A stretch of 64,000 bases of DNA. Origin: Mobula hypostoma (taxonomy: Eukaryota). The stretch covers positions 44,952,001-45,016,000 of the forward strand of contig NC_086108.1 of assembly GCF_963921235.1 (NCBI RefSeq), given 5' to 3'. The notes under the pieces are model-generated. The model ran no database searches. It had not been told where the DNA came from and saw nothing but the letters and a program-made list of their open reading frames with translations. Numbering within the stretch: position 1 is the first letter of the stretch; every line of letters starts with the position of its first letter. Of this stretch, positions 38,623 through 52,139 are shown piece by piece. The position numbers and the translations under genes were made by a program.

Positions 38623-39282
38623 TATCATTTTAAAGTAGTCTTTGTTTTCCTTAGTGCTTTTTTTCACCTTTATTGTCAACAGTAGTGTAACATGCAAAAT
38701 TTGCCTACAGTTACATTTTCAAATCTCACTGCTACTGTTGCTTTCTCATTCACAGAACAACCAGGTTTATGAACTCTGTTTCCCAAAGCCATTCCTATCG
38801 AAAGGGCCAAACCCCCAAAGGTATTCTCTGTCTACACAGAGAGCTGTATTTCCTCTGATCTCAAATACATTATCTGACATGTTCTGGACTGCTTCCCACA
38901 TGACAGCCAAGGTCATGATCACCAAAAGCTAGTCACAGGGTAATAATATCTGCCACATCTGCAATTTGCTGCTCATTACTGCATTAGGAAGTTCAGCCAA
39001 AAAAAAATGAGAACAAGGAAGGAACTTCATCTTTTCTTGTAGTCTACAGGAGCAAGCAGAGGGTCCATGCACATTTGCCTGCATTGCAGGCTTCACTAAA
39101 GTGCAGGTATTTAGACCCTCCATTAACATTGTGCCAGAAACATCCATAGCAATCTCCTGCTACGAGCACCTGGCTGTAGTCCTGGTGGGTGTCTGCAGCC
39201 CCTAGAGAAAGGAACATGACTCCTGCAAGCACTGTTCTTTAGTAGCCTGACCAGGTCTCTTTGATTCTGTGGGAGCTGTTTC

Positions 39283-39343
39283 TCACGCATTCTCCTCCAA
39301 TCGTTGCAGCATCCGTTCATTCAGTTGCAACACTCCCCTGCAG
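39283..39343 (-). other. Candidate terminal coding exon (unidentified)
   Basis: Acceptor TACTCTTTCAG; the phase-2 frame reads CRGVLQLNERMLQRLEENA*. Confidence 0.25.
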
Positions 39344-39919
39344 CTGAAAGAGTATTGTCTGCTTTGTCAGATTGCCTCTCTTTAAGAGCTGGTTCGAAGA
39401 TTGCATCAATATAGGCTGAGAGTGATGAGAACTTGCAAAACAGTGGAATCCCTTTCAGGTGTGCATTGCAGAGAAACTCCCAGGAAAGTTACGTTATGAA
39501 CCCGGCAAGTGAAATTCTTGTTCTTTGTCTGACTTCCACGTAAATGGTAAGATAGATCCTCACTGCTGTTTTAAAGCAAAATGATGAGAGAATAATGTTT
39601 GACCTTTACATATGTGAAACAATTAACTGTTAGTTATCATCTAGGTTAATGTTTGCAGGAAAGGTTTGTACAGTGAGCTGTGAGATGGTTGACATCTGTG
39701 GAATGGTATTTCGTTTAAGAGTTGAAATATGCAGGATAAAGTAGAAACCGATATAATCCAGGGGAAAAATGATGTATATGTTGCATGATGGAATACTTCT
39801 AACTCGGATCTTCTAGATTATTTAAAATACATAATGAAGAGCTTTGTCTATCAAGGGAAAAGGTCTCTGCCCTGTTTCTAGTTGTTGACAACCTGCTACT
39901 AGAAGGCTCACTGAAACTT

Positions 39920-40278
39920 GCACAAGAGATTCAGCAGATGCTAGAAATCTTGAACAAAATGCTGGAGGAACTCAAAAGGTCATGCAGCATCTGTGGAGGG
40001 AAATGAACGTTTGAAGTTTCAGGCTGAGGCCCTTCGTCAGGACTGGAAAGGAAAAAGGCAGAGCCCGAGTAAAATGGTATGGGGAGGTGTAGTCCTAAAG
40101 GTGAGTTTCTCTACCTCCTCCTACCCTTTTATTCTAGCTTGATGCCCTCCCCCTTCCTTTCCCGTCCTGATGAAGGGCCTCAGCCTGAAATGTCCACTAT
40201 TTATTCCCCTCCACTGAAACTGTTTGACCTGCTGAGTTCCTCCAACATTTTGTCTCTGTTGTCACTGAATCTAACATT
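39920..40278. mobile_element. Palindromic Penelope-derived element with hammerhead cores on both strands
   Basis: 40017-40043 and 40164-40190 are inverted copies matching at 26/27 positions, each CTGAYGA-AGGGCCTCAGCCT-GAAA; outer arms ATGCTGGAGGAACTCA / TGAGTTCCTCCAACAT. Confidence 0.8.
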
Positions 40279-40854
40279 CACATTACATTTACTTTCCTTC
40301 ACCTGAAGGGAGAGTGGAAGAACAGGTTGCAGCACATGTGGGCCAGGAAGAGCAGGAATGTTGCCTCCAAGTTCAAAAGAATGCCCATAAAAAACAGTTA
40401 ACTGTTACCATATCCTCAAATATACAGCCCTCCCCTTATCATGATGGCCAATTACCTAAGATATCTGTGATGTCTGACTACCCCACCCTCCCACCACAAT
40501 GTTGATTTTGTTGCATGAAAGGTTGGAAACTTCTTAAAACAAATTAAAATGTTTGTGTTAAATTCATCAGGATATGCGGGAAACCCTTTCTTCTGGGGTT
40601 CCCATCCAAAAATCTTCCCACTCACTCTATTTCTGGCTCTGAATAAATATAAAATTCAGTCTGGAAGAAAAGTCTCTGTTTAGTTATGTTGAGACCTGAC
40701 TGCTGTCTGGGAGCTCATTTCAAAAACTAAATGACTCAATCAATTTCTTGTTTTGCCAAACCTAAATGTTAAAATTTTCACAGATGAGAAACAGTTAGAT
40801 TTTGAACTGGGCTCTCATCAAATGAATATTCATCACATGTCGCTTTACAGTAAA

Positions 40855-41075
40855 GTTTGTTTATTTATTTATTGAGATACAGCGCGGAATAGGCCATTTC
40901 AGCGCTTCGAGCCACACTGTCCAGCAATCCGCTAATTTAACCCTAGCCTAATCATGGGACGATTTACGATGACTAATTAACCTCCTGACTAGTATGTCTT
41001 TGGACTGTGGGTGGAAACCAGGGCACCCGGAGGTAGCTCACAGAGTAACGGGGAGAGTGTACAAACTCCTTATAA
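40855..41075 (-). mobile_element. SINE 3' part with (TAAA)n tail
   Basis: TTTATTTATTTATTGAGATACAGCGCGGAATAGGCC...; same family as 37680 and 42905. Confidence 0.75.
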
Positions 41076-41726
41076 GCAACGAATGGTTTATGCAACCATT
41101 GATCTGCATAAATTCCAGAATTATTAGGAAAATGAAGTGACATTTGTTAAATTCGCTTTTAAATTTCCACGCTATTGTGGTGACAGCAGGCAGGCAGTGT
41201 AATGTTGGCAGGAAGAGATTTTGGAACAGCAACTCAAAATCAAACAGCCACATGCACCTTACAAACAGCTAGTCAGGAGAACTGAAGGCGTAAAAAAAAA
41301 TACTTTTCTGTCTTATGTCCACTCCTCATCTCCATTTTTCTGAGCACATTGATAATATTCTTCTGCTTCATTTCGAGTAAGTGAGTTATTCCTCTTTGTG
41401 CAGTGCCTGGAGATTTTATGCTTTTCATTGTTTTGAGCTTCCCTGCATCCGTTTACTTGCTGGATTATGTGATGATAGCTGCTGCAGGGAGCAAATTCTG
41501 TTTCCCTGAATGATAATTCAAAGTACAAATTGTGTCCATGGTTAAAAACTGCCAACAGGCCAAGAACTGTTCTCAGTAATTCGGCAGAATAACAGTAGAA
41601 GTGTTGAAAGTGAAAGATTAAGTAGTGCATATGAGATTCCCTGGGGCATTTGGGCTCTTTGACACAATTCATTTACACTTTCCTTTATTAACCAAAGCTA
41701 CTTGATTCTTTTAACTGCATTTTCAG

Positions 41727-41832
41727 TTTGATAGGCACCCTAATCGTTCCTATTACTGCTTGTCCACCCCTGGACCTCAAGGTTCCTTTTACCAATTCAC
41801 TGTTCCTTCAGTGCCCAACTGGTGTCAGAGAG
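41727..41832 (+). other. Candidate exon
   Basis: Acceptor TTTTAACTGCATTTTCAG, donor GAG|GTAAGT; two open frames (FDRHPNRSYYCLSTPGPQ... or LIGTLIVPITACPPLDLK...). Confidence 0.35.
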
Positions 41833-42332
41833 GTAAGTTGCCAGCCTTTCCTTCTTCATCGCTGTTAACCCTTTTGTAAAAGTGGGACTGAAAGTTTTTG
41901 GGCCAATAAAGCACCCTACTTCATTCGCTGGATGAAGGAGAGAGAGAAGGAGGAACTAGTAATGAGCTTTTTTTCTTCCATTGTTGTGCAAGAACAAGCC
42001 TATAGGAAGCTTCACTCCAATAGAACATTTGATGAAGTCTTCTAGGTGCTGCTACCCATTAATTGGGATAGCAAACCCTTTTTTAGGAACAGAAGACCCC
42101 CCCCCATCATGTTTTTTGGTCTGTCCGGAGCCCACCATGCATACTTAGTGAGCAAACTGTGCTGGAGCCTGGGTAGTGATAGACATTCATCCCAATTAGC
42201 CTCAGTGCTTGGGGAAAGTAAACTAATTAGGTGCTGAATGAGTGGGTATCTCAGCATGAGGCAGAAGTGTTCTAATGCTGTCTGTATTTTAGTAGAAGAT
42301 TCAAGAGCATACTGCAGTTTTTTTATACAGTC

Positions 42333-42390
42333 AGTTTATAAGACTTGACTGCTGGGGGATAAGTTTATAAGACTTGACTGCTGGGGGATA
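42333..42390. repeat. Perfect 29-bp tandem duplication
   Basis: AGTTTATAAGACTTGACTGCTGGGGGATA occurs twice in tandem. Confidence 0.95.
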
Positions 42391-42904
42391 GAGGAATTTT
42401 TCGCTCTTGATGGCAGTGTCACCATTTGACATGGTTGAGGAAAGTATTGTCACAGGTTAGGAGTTGAACAAAGCTTCCAGTGTCCTTCCTAAATTATAGA
42501 GAAGAGCAAATCAAACTTGTTGTCATAGGACAATATACCCTTTTTGTGTAGTAGCCATCCTTCTGGTTTTGTGAAGAGATTACCAATTTGTGATCAGCTT
42601 TGTGCAAAACGCAGTTTTCTTGCTAGCCTGACAAAGTATTTCTGGATACAAATATTGAAGTCTTTGTTTCCTACAGATTTCCTGTGGTTGGCTGTAGGCT
42701 TTTAGACCAAAGCTTGGTACCATATAATCAATATTCCATGATTTATCACATTAATTTCTCAGTTCTTCCCTTTCAGAGACTGGACTTAATCTAGATCTTT
42801 GGCTGTGTTTTAGAAGGTATGACTTTGGGTGCTCACATGGTGACTGTGTTTGCTCCTGAAGTAAAGAATGTAGCTTGATTGCAGGTGACCTTTTAGCAGA
42901 GTAA

Positions 42905-43135
42905 GTGTACAACACTATTGCAGCTCGGGCACTCTGCAGCTCGGAGTTCAATTATGCCCTCCCCGTGGAGTGTGTGGGTTTTCCCGGGTGCTGCAGTTTC
43001 CAAGGATGTACTGGGTCAGTTAATAGGTCATTGTAAATTGCCCTGTGATTGGGTTCGGGTTAGTCGGGTTCGGAGCAGTGTGCTTCGAAGGGCGAGAAGG
43101 GCCTACTCCATGTTGTATCGCTGAATAAATAAATT
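42905..43135 (+). mobile_element. tRNA-derived SINE
   Basis: GGAGTTCAATT B-box, TTAATAGGTCATTGTAAATTG body, GGGCCTACTCC...AATAAATAAA tail. Confidence 0.75.
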
Positions 43136-43225
43136 AAGAGAGTAAAAAGAATTAAAACCAATATAAAGTCGTTTCCAATCACGACATCTGGTTTCCAAAA
43201 GACAAAAGTTTAAATGGACCAGGTG

Positions 43226-43878
43226 ATAAGACCTTAAGACGATAAGACATAGGAGCATACTTAGGCCATTCGTCCATCAGGTCTGCTCCTCATTCCATCA
43301 GGCTGATTTATTGACACTCTCAACTCCATTCTCTCGCCTTCTCCCCATAACTCTGACATCCTGACTAGTCAAGAACCTATCAATCTCCTCTTTAAATATA
43401 TCCAATGACTTCGCCTCCACAGCCACCTGTAGCAATGAATTCCACAGATTCACCACCCTGTGGCTAAAGAAATGTTTCCTTATCTCTGTTCTAAGCGGAC
43501 GTGTCTCTATTTTGAGGCTGTGCCCTCTGGTTCTAGACTCACCCACTATAGGAAACATCCTTTCCACATCCACTCTGTCTAGACCTTTCAGTACTCAATA
43601 GGTTTCAATGAGATTCCACCCCCACCCCCGACCCTATTCATCTGAACTCCAGCAAGTGCAGGCCCAGAGCTATTCAACACTTTCATTCCTGGAATCATTC
43701 TCATGAACCTCCAATGTTAGCACATCTTTTTTTTAGATAAGTGGCCCAAAACTGCTTACAATACTCCGTGCAGTTTGACCAATGCCTAATAAAGCCTCAG
43801 CATTACATTCTCGTTCTTCTGTGTTCCAGTCCTCTCGAAATGAATGCCTTCCTCACCACTGATTCAACCTGCAAGCAC
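43226..43878 (-). mobile_element. CR1 3' fragment
   Basis: DVERMFPIVGESRTRGHSLKI...FFSHRVVNLWNSL (ORF 43298..43573); 8-bp tail repeats ATAAGACC/TTAAGACG/ATAAGACA. Confidence 0.9.
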
Positions 43879-45964
43879 AATGTTATCTTTCCTGGGGGCA
43901 AGATATCCAGCTCACATCTGTGATCATTTTTTCACTGTAATTATGTATTCTATTGTTAATGCAGATAATTTTCTCCTGAAACCTCACTTGGAGGCTGTTG
44001 TTTATTAACTTTCAGTGTCTGATCTTGAATGTCTTTCTGATGAAGGTTAAACAGTTCTGATGTACAAATGATAAAAAAGCAATGTGATTTAAACAATGCC
44101 CTCAGTGGTTATTGTGAAACTGAAACACCTTACAGTTCAAGAAAAGCAGAAAAAGTAGAAAGCAAACCCATTAATGTTTGGGGACAGTACTCTGAATTGG
44201 ACTTAAAAATTTGTGTCTGTGGTGTATTCCTAGGCTGTTTGACATGTATCAATAGACTGTGATATGTGACATTTCAAGGCAATGTAAATTTACACCATAA
44301 TGTGCAATTCTGTGGTATTGCATGTAACTCTATAATCTGACATGTAATTCTACACCATGACTTGGAAGACTAATGGTCACATGTAGTTTTAGACACATTA
44401 ACATTTTTGTACTATTTAGATGGAAAACTGGTTTACTTCATGTAGTTTGTTTTTGCATGGCTCAAAAAATATATCGATGCAGTAACTGTTCTGTGGTGTC
44501 CCAATCCCACGAACAACAATGAGGTCATTGACAAGGATAAAAGTATGCTATTGATCATTTCAAATCCATCCTTGTTGATTTGATTATGCAGTTGTATATA
44601 CACCAATGATGCAATACTTTATTAGTACTACACTAGAGTGCAATACTGTAGTCTGTTAATAAGTTTTAAAACAGTACTTCAACATCCAAGTGACTCAAAA
44701 ATAAAAATCATATCAGCTGAAAAAACTGCTGAAAAAACTTCCATGGTTTGCTGCTCATTTCAGTAATCTAGATGTGGAAATGCGAGCAAGTAAAGTTCAA
44801 GATTCAACTGTCCGCCTACATCACAATTACTGCAGTCACAAATAAATCTAAATGGAAATTTAGAAGAATCTTACTTTACCAGAGAGCAATTATAATATAG
44901 AATTACTATCATGCAGTATAGCAAGGGGAAAGATGTTTAAGATGAAGCCATGAATGGAAAGGGATGGAAGGTTATCTTGGTGGAATTAGAGGGGGGAGGA
45001 GGGTGATTTGCATGGATTATAATTACTGGCATGGGCCTGTTGGGTTTAATCTTTGTTTCTGTGTTTTAAATAATATGTACTATATTCTGTAACATTAGAA
45101 GCAGAAGCCTGTGACCTGGATAGCAAGATCTAAAACAGCTGTTCTGAAATTCAAAGATCTTCACCGGGTTCTTTAACTATTAAATTAGGGAGAATTGATA
45201 GAGTATTAGAGGCACAAAACTACTTTAAGCTATACCATCTGGCTCTTTGTTCATATTTGAAGGGGTTATTCCCAAAAGGACTAGGGTGAAGCTCATGTGG
45301 AGCACAAAAATCTGTATGGCCATATTGGGCTGAATAGCCTGTTACTGAACTGTAAATGCAATGCAGTACTATGTAATTTTATAACAAGCAATGGCCATTT
45401 CGATCAATGAGCCAGATTCTTCCACAGTCATGCACAATTTATCTATTCATGACCTTGGGGGGAAAGTATTGCAAACATTCTCCCAGAGATAATGCAACTG
45501 AAACTTTGGAATACCTATATAATTTATTCTTTCCATGGCCTACCAATTGTAACCTGACCTCCCTCCCAAAAAGATTCCTTTCAACTTTTAATAAGGCTCA
45601 GGGAAATAAGGCTCTTGGGTAAGCTCTAAGCCATGGAGATAGAAGGGTAACTTTGTGGGTTTTATCTGGAGTGTACACGCACGCTGTAAAATAGATGTAA
45701 GGATGAGGGGACAATTCACCAAACCAATACTTCATAGAATTGAAGTAATCTTCCAGTGTATAGAGTAGGATCAGGAGTAAACCACCTGGCCCATCAAGTC
45801 TGCACCGTCATTCAATACAATCATGGCTGATTAAATTGTAGCCTAAACTCTGTATATCTTCTTACTTATCAAATCTCTCTCTATCTATGCCTTAGACCAG
45901 AAGCCCTGTTTTTTAAATATTGACTCTTGCTCTAAATTTTCTCACAAGTAGAAACTTTTTTTAA

Positions 45965-46420
45965 ACATGAGACCTATAAGACATAGGAGCAGAATTAGGC
46001 CACTCGGCCCATCGAGTCTGCTCATCTATTCCATCATGACTAATTTATTATTGTTCTCCTGCCTTCTCCCAGCGCCATTCTCCTGCCTTTTCCCCATAAC
46101 CTTTGATGCCTGGACTAATCAGGATCCTATCAATTTCTGCTTTAAATATCCTCAATGACTTGGCCTCCACAGCCAACTGTAGCAATGACTTCCAAAGTTT
46201 CACCACCTGCTGGCTAAAGAAATTCCTTCTTACCTCTTTTCTAAATGGACATCCCTCTGCTTTTAGGTTGTGCCGTCTGGTCCTAGACAGCATCCTCTCC
46301 ACATCACTGTATCTAAGTCTTTAAATATTCAATAGGTTTTAATGAAATTCCTCCTCATTCTTCTAAACTCCAGCAAGTACACACCCAGAGCCATCAAATG
46401 CTCCTCATACATTAATCTTA
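45965..46420 (-). mobile_element. CR1 3' fragment
   Basis: ORF 46048..46302 contains RRNFFSQQVVKLWKSL...FKAEIDR; tail ATAAGACATAGGAGCAGAATTAGGCC. Confidence 0.88.
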
Positions 46421-46641
46421 TTTAAGTGGCATCTGGATGGGACCTTGAATGAGCAAGATGCAGAGGGACATGGAATTAATGCAGACAAGTCTAGTTGCTA
46501 TGGATAGGTGGTTGGTATTGACAGGGTGAGCCAAAGGGCCTGATCTACTCAGCCAAGTAAGACAGAGTAGATAACCTGATGGTAACCTCAACTCTGCATT
46601 CCCTCTTATTTATCAAGTCTTTATCTTCCAGTGCTTCAGAC

Positions 46642-49600
46642 CAGTGGTTCTCAACCTGGGCCATAAGGTCCCCACAGGGGCCATGCCAGATTTCATAGGG
46701 GCCTCAAGTGAAAATAAGAAACTGGGAGCCACAGGAGACAGTGAACAGACTGTGATAAGTTCACAGTTTAATTACTAAAATATACAAATAACTAAATTAA
46801 TATATGTAATTTATTTGGAACCCTGAATGAAATGAATGGGAAAGTATGCTAGATGATGCAAATGAGGGAGAAAAACAGTTTAGCTTGTGTGTGTGTGGTG
46901 GTGTGAAATGTCAATTGACCATGTACAAGTCTCCATTCACACCTAGCAGGGCGGCCTGCTCCAGATCCATCTTCAAATCACAAACTGCAGATTGGGTAGG
47001 GCTGTCTGCAGCAAGGCCAATCAGTAACTGTGCGGCAAGAGGCTGATTCTATTTGCCTTCCACTGACCCGTGCAATTGACATTATAAAATGTGACATGAT
47101 GGGTGCAGTTACTATAGTGGGGTCATCTGCCAGAAACAGCTAAACTGCAGAGAGGTGAGAATGTGTGAAGTCTACCACTGCATCACTATCTACCACTACA
47201 TTAAATCCCTGATAGTTATATATAGAAAGGAAGTTCAGTTTATTTTTCTTGATAGTATTATAGCATTTCTTAGTGATAGTGATTAGTGGTATTTTGTTGG
47301 AGAACAAATTGCCCCTGCTGTTAGATACATTTGAAAAACTGGATTTATTAAACAAACAGTTACAAGGAAATATTGCTATATCATATCATACAAAGCAGCC
47401 ATTACCACTTGCTTGGAAAACTCAAACTTTTCAGCAGCAATATTGGACATCATGAATTTATGAAATTTCCTTCACTGGCCACTCATAAAATAGAATTGCA
47501 AGATGATGATCTGATTGTATATGTTGATCATTTGAAACAACTCCACACTGATATGGAACTTGGGTTCAGATACCTGCTGGAAATGCATATTCCAGATTAG
47601 GTGGTGGATCCATTTGGAGTGAATGTGAATATGTTGACGCCACATTGCAAGAAAGTCTTATTGAGCTGCAGAGTGATTTAACAGTTCAAGCAAAATTCAA
47701 ATGCAGCAAGCAAAATTTCTGGATAACTTGTGATATTCAAAATCAAAGCGCTCCTCTGGCCTCTGTTTGGAAAATCAGATCACTCCTCCATTTTTCTGGT
47801 GCCAAAGTACAGGCAGAAGCTGAAACAAGAGGCAGCCATAGTTAAAACTGTCCACTGTTGGTCCAACCAGTCGGCCTCCATGACGCAGAACTGCTTTGAT
47901 GATGTTGACTGGAATGTCTTCCATGATGAAGATGTCTCCGAGTTCACGGATGGGGTTGCGAGTTTCATCCAGAAGTGCATTGAGGATGTTGTCCCCCAGA
48001 AATCGGTCAAGGTCTTCCCGAATCAGAAGCCCTGGATCAACAGTTCCATGCGAGTAGCACTTACCGCGTGAGACAGCGCTTACATTGCTGGTAATCAGCA
48101 GGAGCTCAAGAAATCTAGCTACAATCTGCACAAAGTCATCAAGGCAGTGAAGTAACGATAGCAGAGACAAGATTCAGACTCAACTTTCCACCAATAACAC
48201 ACGCAGCTGTGGCAAGTTCTGTATGCCTTCGTAGACTTCAAAGCTAAACGCAGTGGAGTTTCCAACATTGATGCCTCTCTCCCAGACAAGCTAAATCTCT
48301 TTTATGCTTGATTCAATGTCGCCAATACTGAGCCCCTGAGGAGACCTGCAGATGATGCGACCAGCAGCTTGGTCATCTCTGAGGCCGAAGTACGCGGGTG
48401 TTTCCAACGAGTGGACGGTTGCAAGGCTGCAGGACCTGATGTCACCCCAGGGCAGATACTCAGGATGTGCACGGCACAACTGGCTGGTGTGTTTACAGAC
48501 ATTTTTAATCTCTCCCACTCCCATTTTAGACTGCCCTCCTGCTTCAAAACATCCACCATTGTTCCTGTACCTAAAAAAACAACCAAGGTAACATGTCTGA
48601 ATAACTGGCGTCCTGTCGCACTCACCTCAATAATAAGCAAATGCTTTGAGAGGCTTGTCAAAGACTACATCTGCAGCATGCTGTCACCCATAATGGACAC
48701 CATACAATTTGCCTACCAACACAACCGATTGATAGACGATGCAATAGCCAAAGCTCTACACACCGTCCTTGCACATCTGGAGAAGAGTGATGCTTATATG
48801 AGGATGCTGTTCTTGGACTACAATTCAGCATTCAATACCATAATTCCCTCCAGGCTCGACAAGAAGCTCAGAGACCTCGGCCTTCACTCTGCCTTGTGTA
48901 GCTGGATCCTGGACTTCTTGTCAGATTGCTGGCAGGTGGTAAGAGTGGGCTCCCTCACGTCCACCCCTCTGACCCTCAACACAGGGGCCCCTTAGGGCTG
49001 TGTCCAAAGCCCCCTCCCTTACTCTCCATATACCCATGACTGTGTCGCCATCCAGAGCTCCAATCTGCTAATTATATTTGCTGACGACACTACATTGATT
49101 GGCCTAATCTCAAATAATAACGAGATAGCCTACAGAGAGGAAGTCATCACCCTGATGTGATGCCAAGAAAACAATCTCTTCCTCAACATCCCAAAAACAA
49201 AGGAGCTAGTTGTGGGCAACAGGAGGAATGAAGACAGGCTAACCCCTATTGACATCAATGGATCTGGGGGTTGAGAGGGTGAACAGCTTTAAGTTCCTTG
49301 GCATAAACATCACCGAGGACCTCGTGTGGTCTGTACACACCAGCTGTGTGGTAAAAAAGGCACAACAGTGCTTCTTTCAGCTCAGATGATTGAAGAACTT
49401 AGTATGGGTCCCCAAATCCTAAGAACTTTCTATAGGGGCATGATTGAGGGCATCCTGACTGGCTGCATCACTGCCTGGTATGGGAACTGTACCTCCCTCA
49501 ATCGCAGGACTCTGCAGAAAGTGGTGCGCATCTGTAGATGTGAACTTCCCACTGTTCAGGACATTTACAAAGACAGGTGTGTAAAAAGGGCCCGAAAGAT

Positions 49601-50343
49601 CATTGGAGACCCAAGTTACCCCAACCCCAAACTGTTCTAGCTGCTTCCATCTGGGAAAGGGTACCACAGCATAAAAGCCAGGACCAACAGGCTCCAGGAC
49701 AGCTTCCTCCACCAGGCCATCAGACTGATTAATTCATGCTGACACTACTGTATTTCTGTTATATTGACTATCCTGTTGTACATAATATTTATTATAAATT
49801 ACTATAATTACACAATGCACATTTGAACAGAGATGTAGCGTAAAGATTTTTACTCCTCATATATTTGAAGGACGTAAGTAATAAAATCAATTCGATCAGT
49901 TTCCACACGCTCTGGGAGAAAGTAAAGTTGTTTTAAATTGGATTTTTCACCTCTTATCTAGTTGAACGTGGTTTTCGATCATCTTTAACCACGTTGCAAC
50001 CAGATGTTCAAAAACATGCTAGTTTGCATCAGTCACAAGGATCTCACTAAATACCAAAAGTATTAAGTGCTTTTTCATTGCTGGTTGGAAGAATATTATG
50101 TATATTATAAATAAAGAATCCAATACTGAGCTTTGAAATAGTTTTATTTTTCATATAATCCTGTAAGATTATATTTAACATATACCTGTAACCTGTTGAA
50201 ACATAAATATTAACTGTATATTTGAATAATTGTTGACAAAAAAAACTAACAACCAAGGGAGACTATGGAAGTTGGGAGCCACAGAGGTACTGTAGATGAA
50301 AGTCATAAGTGAGTCATGAGCAGAAAAATGTTGAGAATCACTG
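46642..50343 (+). mobile_element. hAT (Charlie/Buster-like) DNA transposon, internally deleted and interrupted by a Rex1-type LINE
   Basis: TIRs CAGTGGTTCTCAAC (46642-46655) and GTTGAGAATCACTG (50330-50343); 8-bp TSD CTTCAGAC / CCTTAGAC; transposase remnants LNKQLQG, KLKLF...FPSL, VVDPF, QESLIELQSD and, after the LINE, LWEKVKLF...SYLVERGF. Confidence 0.9.
47745..49892 (+). mobile_element. Rex1/Babar-type LINE, 5'-truncated (APE end, RT, 3' UTR)
   Basis: FGKSDHS, KAAGPD, RPVALTSIISKCFERLV, QFAY, DYNSAFNTI, FADD (about 49078), ILTGCITAWYGN; tail AATAAAATCAATTC. Confidence 0.93.
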
Positions 50344-52139
50344 CCTTAGACCAGTAGCTCTTCAAGCAGTAACCTTTTCTCTAAACTTTCCCATAAGGAG
50401 AAACATCTTCTAAATATCTACTCTATCGAGTAAAAAGGATTGTCCATCTTGGGTAATGTGTGTGATTGGATCCTAAGGAAATTTTGCAGGATGTATTTTA
50501 AGGATGATCTATTCCTGTAGGGAGTAGATTCAAGTATGGACCTACTTCCCTGTGTTTCCTGTTCTAAGGAATGTACTAACTAGTTGTGCTGGGTATCCTC
50601 TATATTATAGTATTAATTGTTGATTCATACTAGCATTTGAGCTGTGTCAGTTTCAGCCTGGAATCATACTGATAAGGGACAAAGCGTATGTTCTTCAATA
50701 ACTGATGTATTCCAATGGATGTTATTTTATGGCTTGGCTTTGGCCTTCTAGCTGTGTGCAAGTTTTGAGATTGTTGTGATTTGCAAAGCCAAGGAAAAAT
50801 AGTTATAAGGGGGACAACTGGGCTCATCCCTGAAAAAAGAAGCCAATCTCATAGCAGGTATACTGAAAACTTTGTAACAGCTTCTCATATGAGGGCTCAA
50901 GAATAAACATTTCATGACAGTAAAGGTATTGCACATTTCTATATTGGGGTAATGCCTGCTTTGCTGCAATTGGTACCATTGCCTCTGAGCCACCAAAAAA
51001 AGGTGCACACAAGCCTTGCTCTGACTGGAACTGATCATCATGTGGCACCATCAAATAATCTGTTGACATTTGAGCTGTGTTTTCTGATTGGGTATTTATT
51101 TTAAATCGGTTAATAGTGAAATTGAAATAACACCTTGATCGGACTATTTATTTGCTGCTATCAAGTCCACAATGTTGACTGCATGAAGGACAGTTAATGG
51201 TATTGTACCATAGGGCAGAAAAAACATCCATTCAGCAGTGAAATGACAAAAATCTGTACTTGTGGTGTGGGCTTGGATTGAATAATTAAAGCATAAGAAT
51301 CAGAAGCTGGTGAAGTTATTTTTTTCTACTTGTACAATTTTTTGAGAGTGAAACATAGTGGATTAAATCGCATGTAGAAATCATCAAGGAATTCTTCATT
51401 TTCTGTTTTTTCATGTGGTGAGACTGAGATGATAGATCAGAAATAATATCTTATGAAGTTACATTAGTCACATTCTGAGACACCCCGAACTTTGCCAGGC
51501 TGGTCTGCATTTGTCTAACACACCGACTGAGTCAAGCATGAAACGTCTGTACCATTTGATTTATATTTAACAACACCGTCTGTTATTGTTGGCATAAAGC
51601 AATCTGTTTCATTTCACAAAAATCTGTTCATGGCTCTGAAATTTAGATATACTCAGCACTAATAATTGATGGCCTGTTTCCTTGTTTACTGTATTGTAAA
51701 GACAAAATAAGGAATGTACAGAGACATTCAGAGTGAGACACAGAGGCCAGTGCATGTGTATATGTGTGAAACAGCTGTGGCCGTCCAAATAGCAGCAGTA
51801 CTGTAGACGTTGGGACCACTAAAACAGATTCCCTAGAAACTTACCTCCTTTTTGTTTTGGTCGATGTGGTCATATTCTTTTTACCCTGCAAACTGCCTAC
51901 CCCTCTCTCCCAATTTTCCCCTCTTCAACTGGTCACATTTAATTATATTGATTTTGTTGGTGACTTGTTTTCCATAGGTGGGGGAGGATGCATTATAGTT
52001 TGGCTCAGACTTGTATCCATCCTTTCTATGTTTATGTCCACATGCTTTAAATCCCTAACAGGGACCACATAGTGACACCAGTATCAGAAGTGTACTTTGG
52101 AGTGTTGGGTGCCACATGTAACATTTAAGTAATTGTTCC

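Noticed and set aside
48369..48995. Longest ORF (208 aa) as a functional or domesticated RT gene
   Set aside because: It stops at the PQG motif (CAG to TAG) and is flanked by further stops and frameshifts; an ordinary dead LINE.
51789..51812. TAGCAGCAGTACTGTAG with a miR-15/103-like seed
   Set aside because: Surrounding pairing is too irregular for a pre-miRNA.
51845..52054. 210-nt minus-strand coding exon
   Set aside because: The splice sites look plausible, but the frames contain stops before the donor; kept only as a donor candidate.
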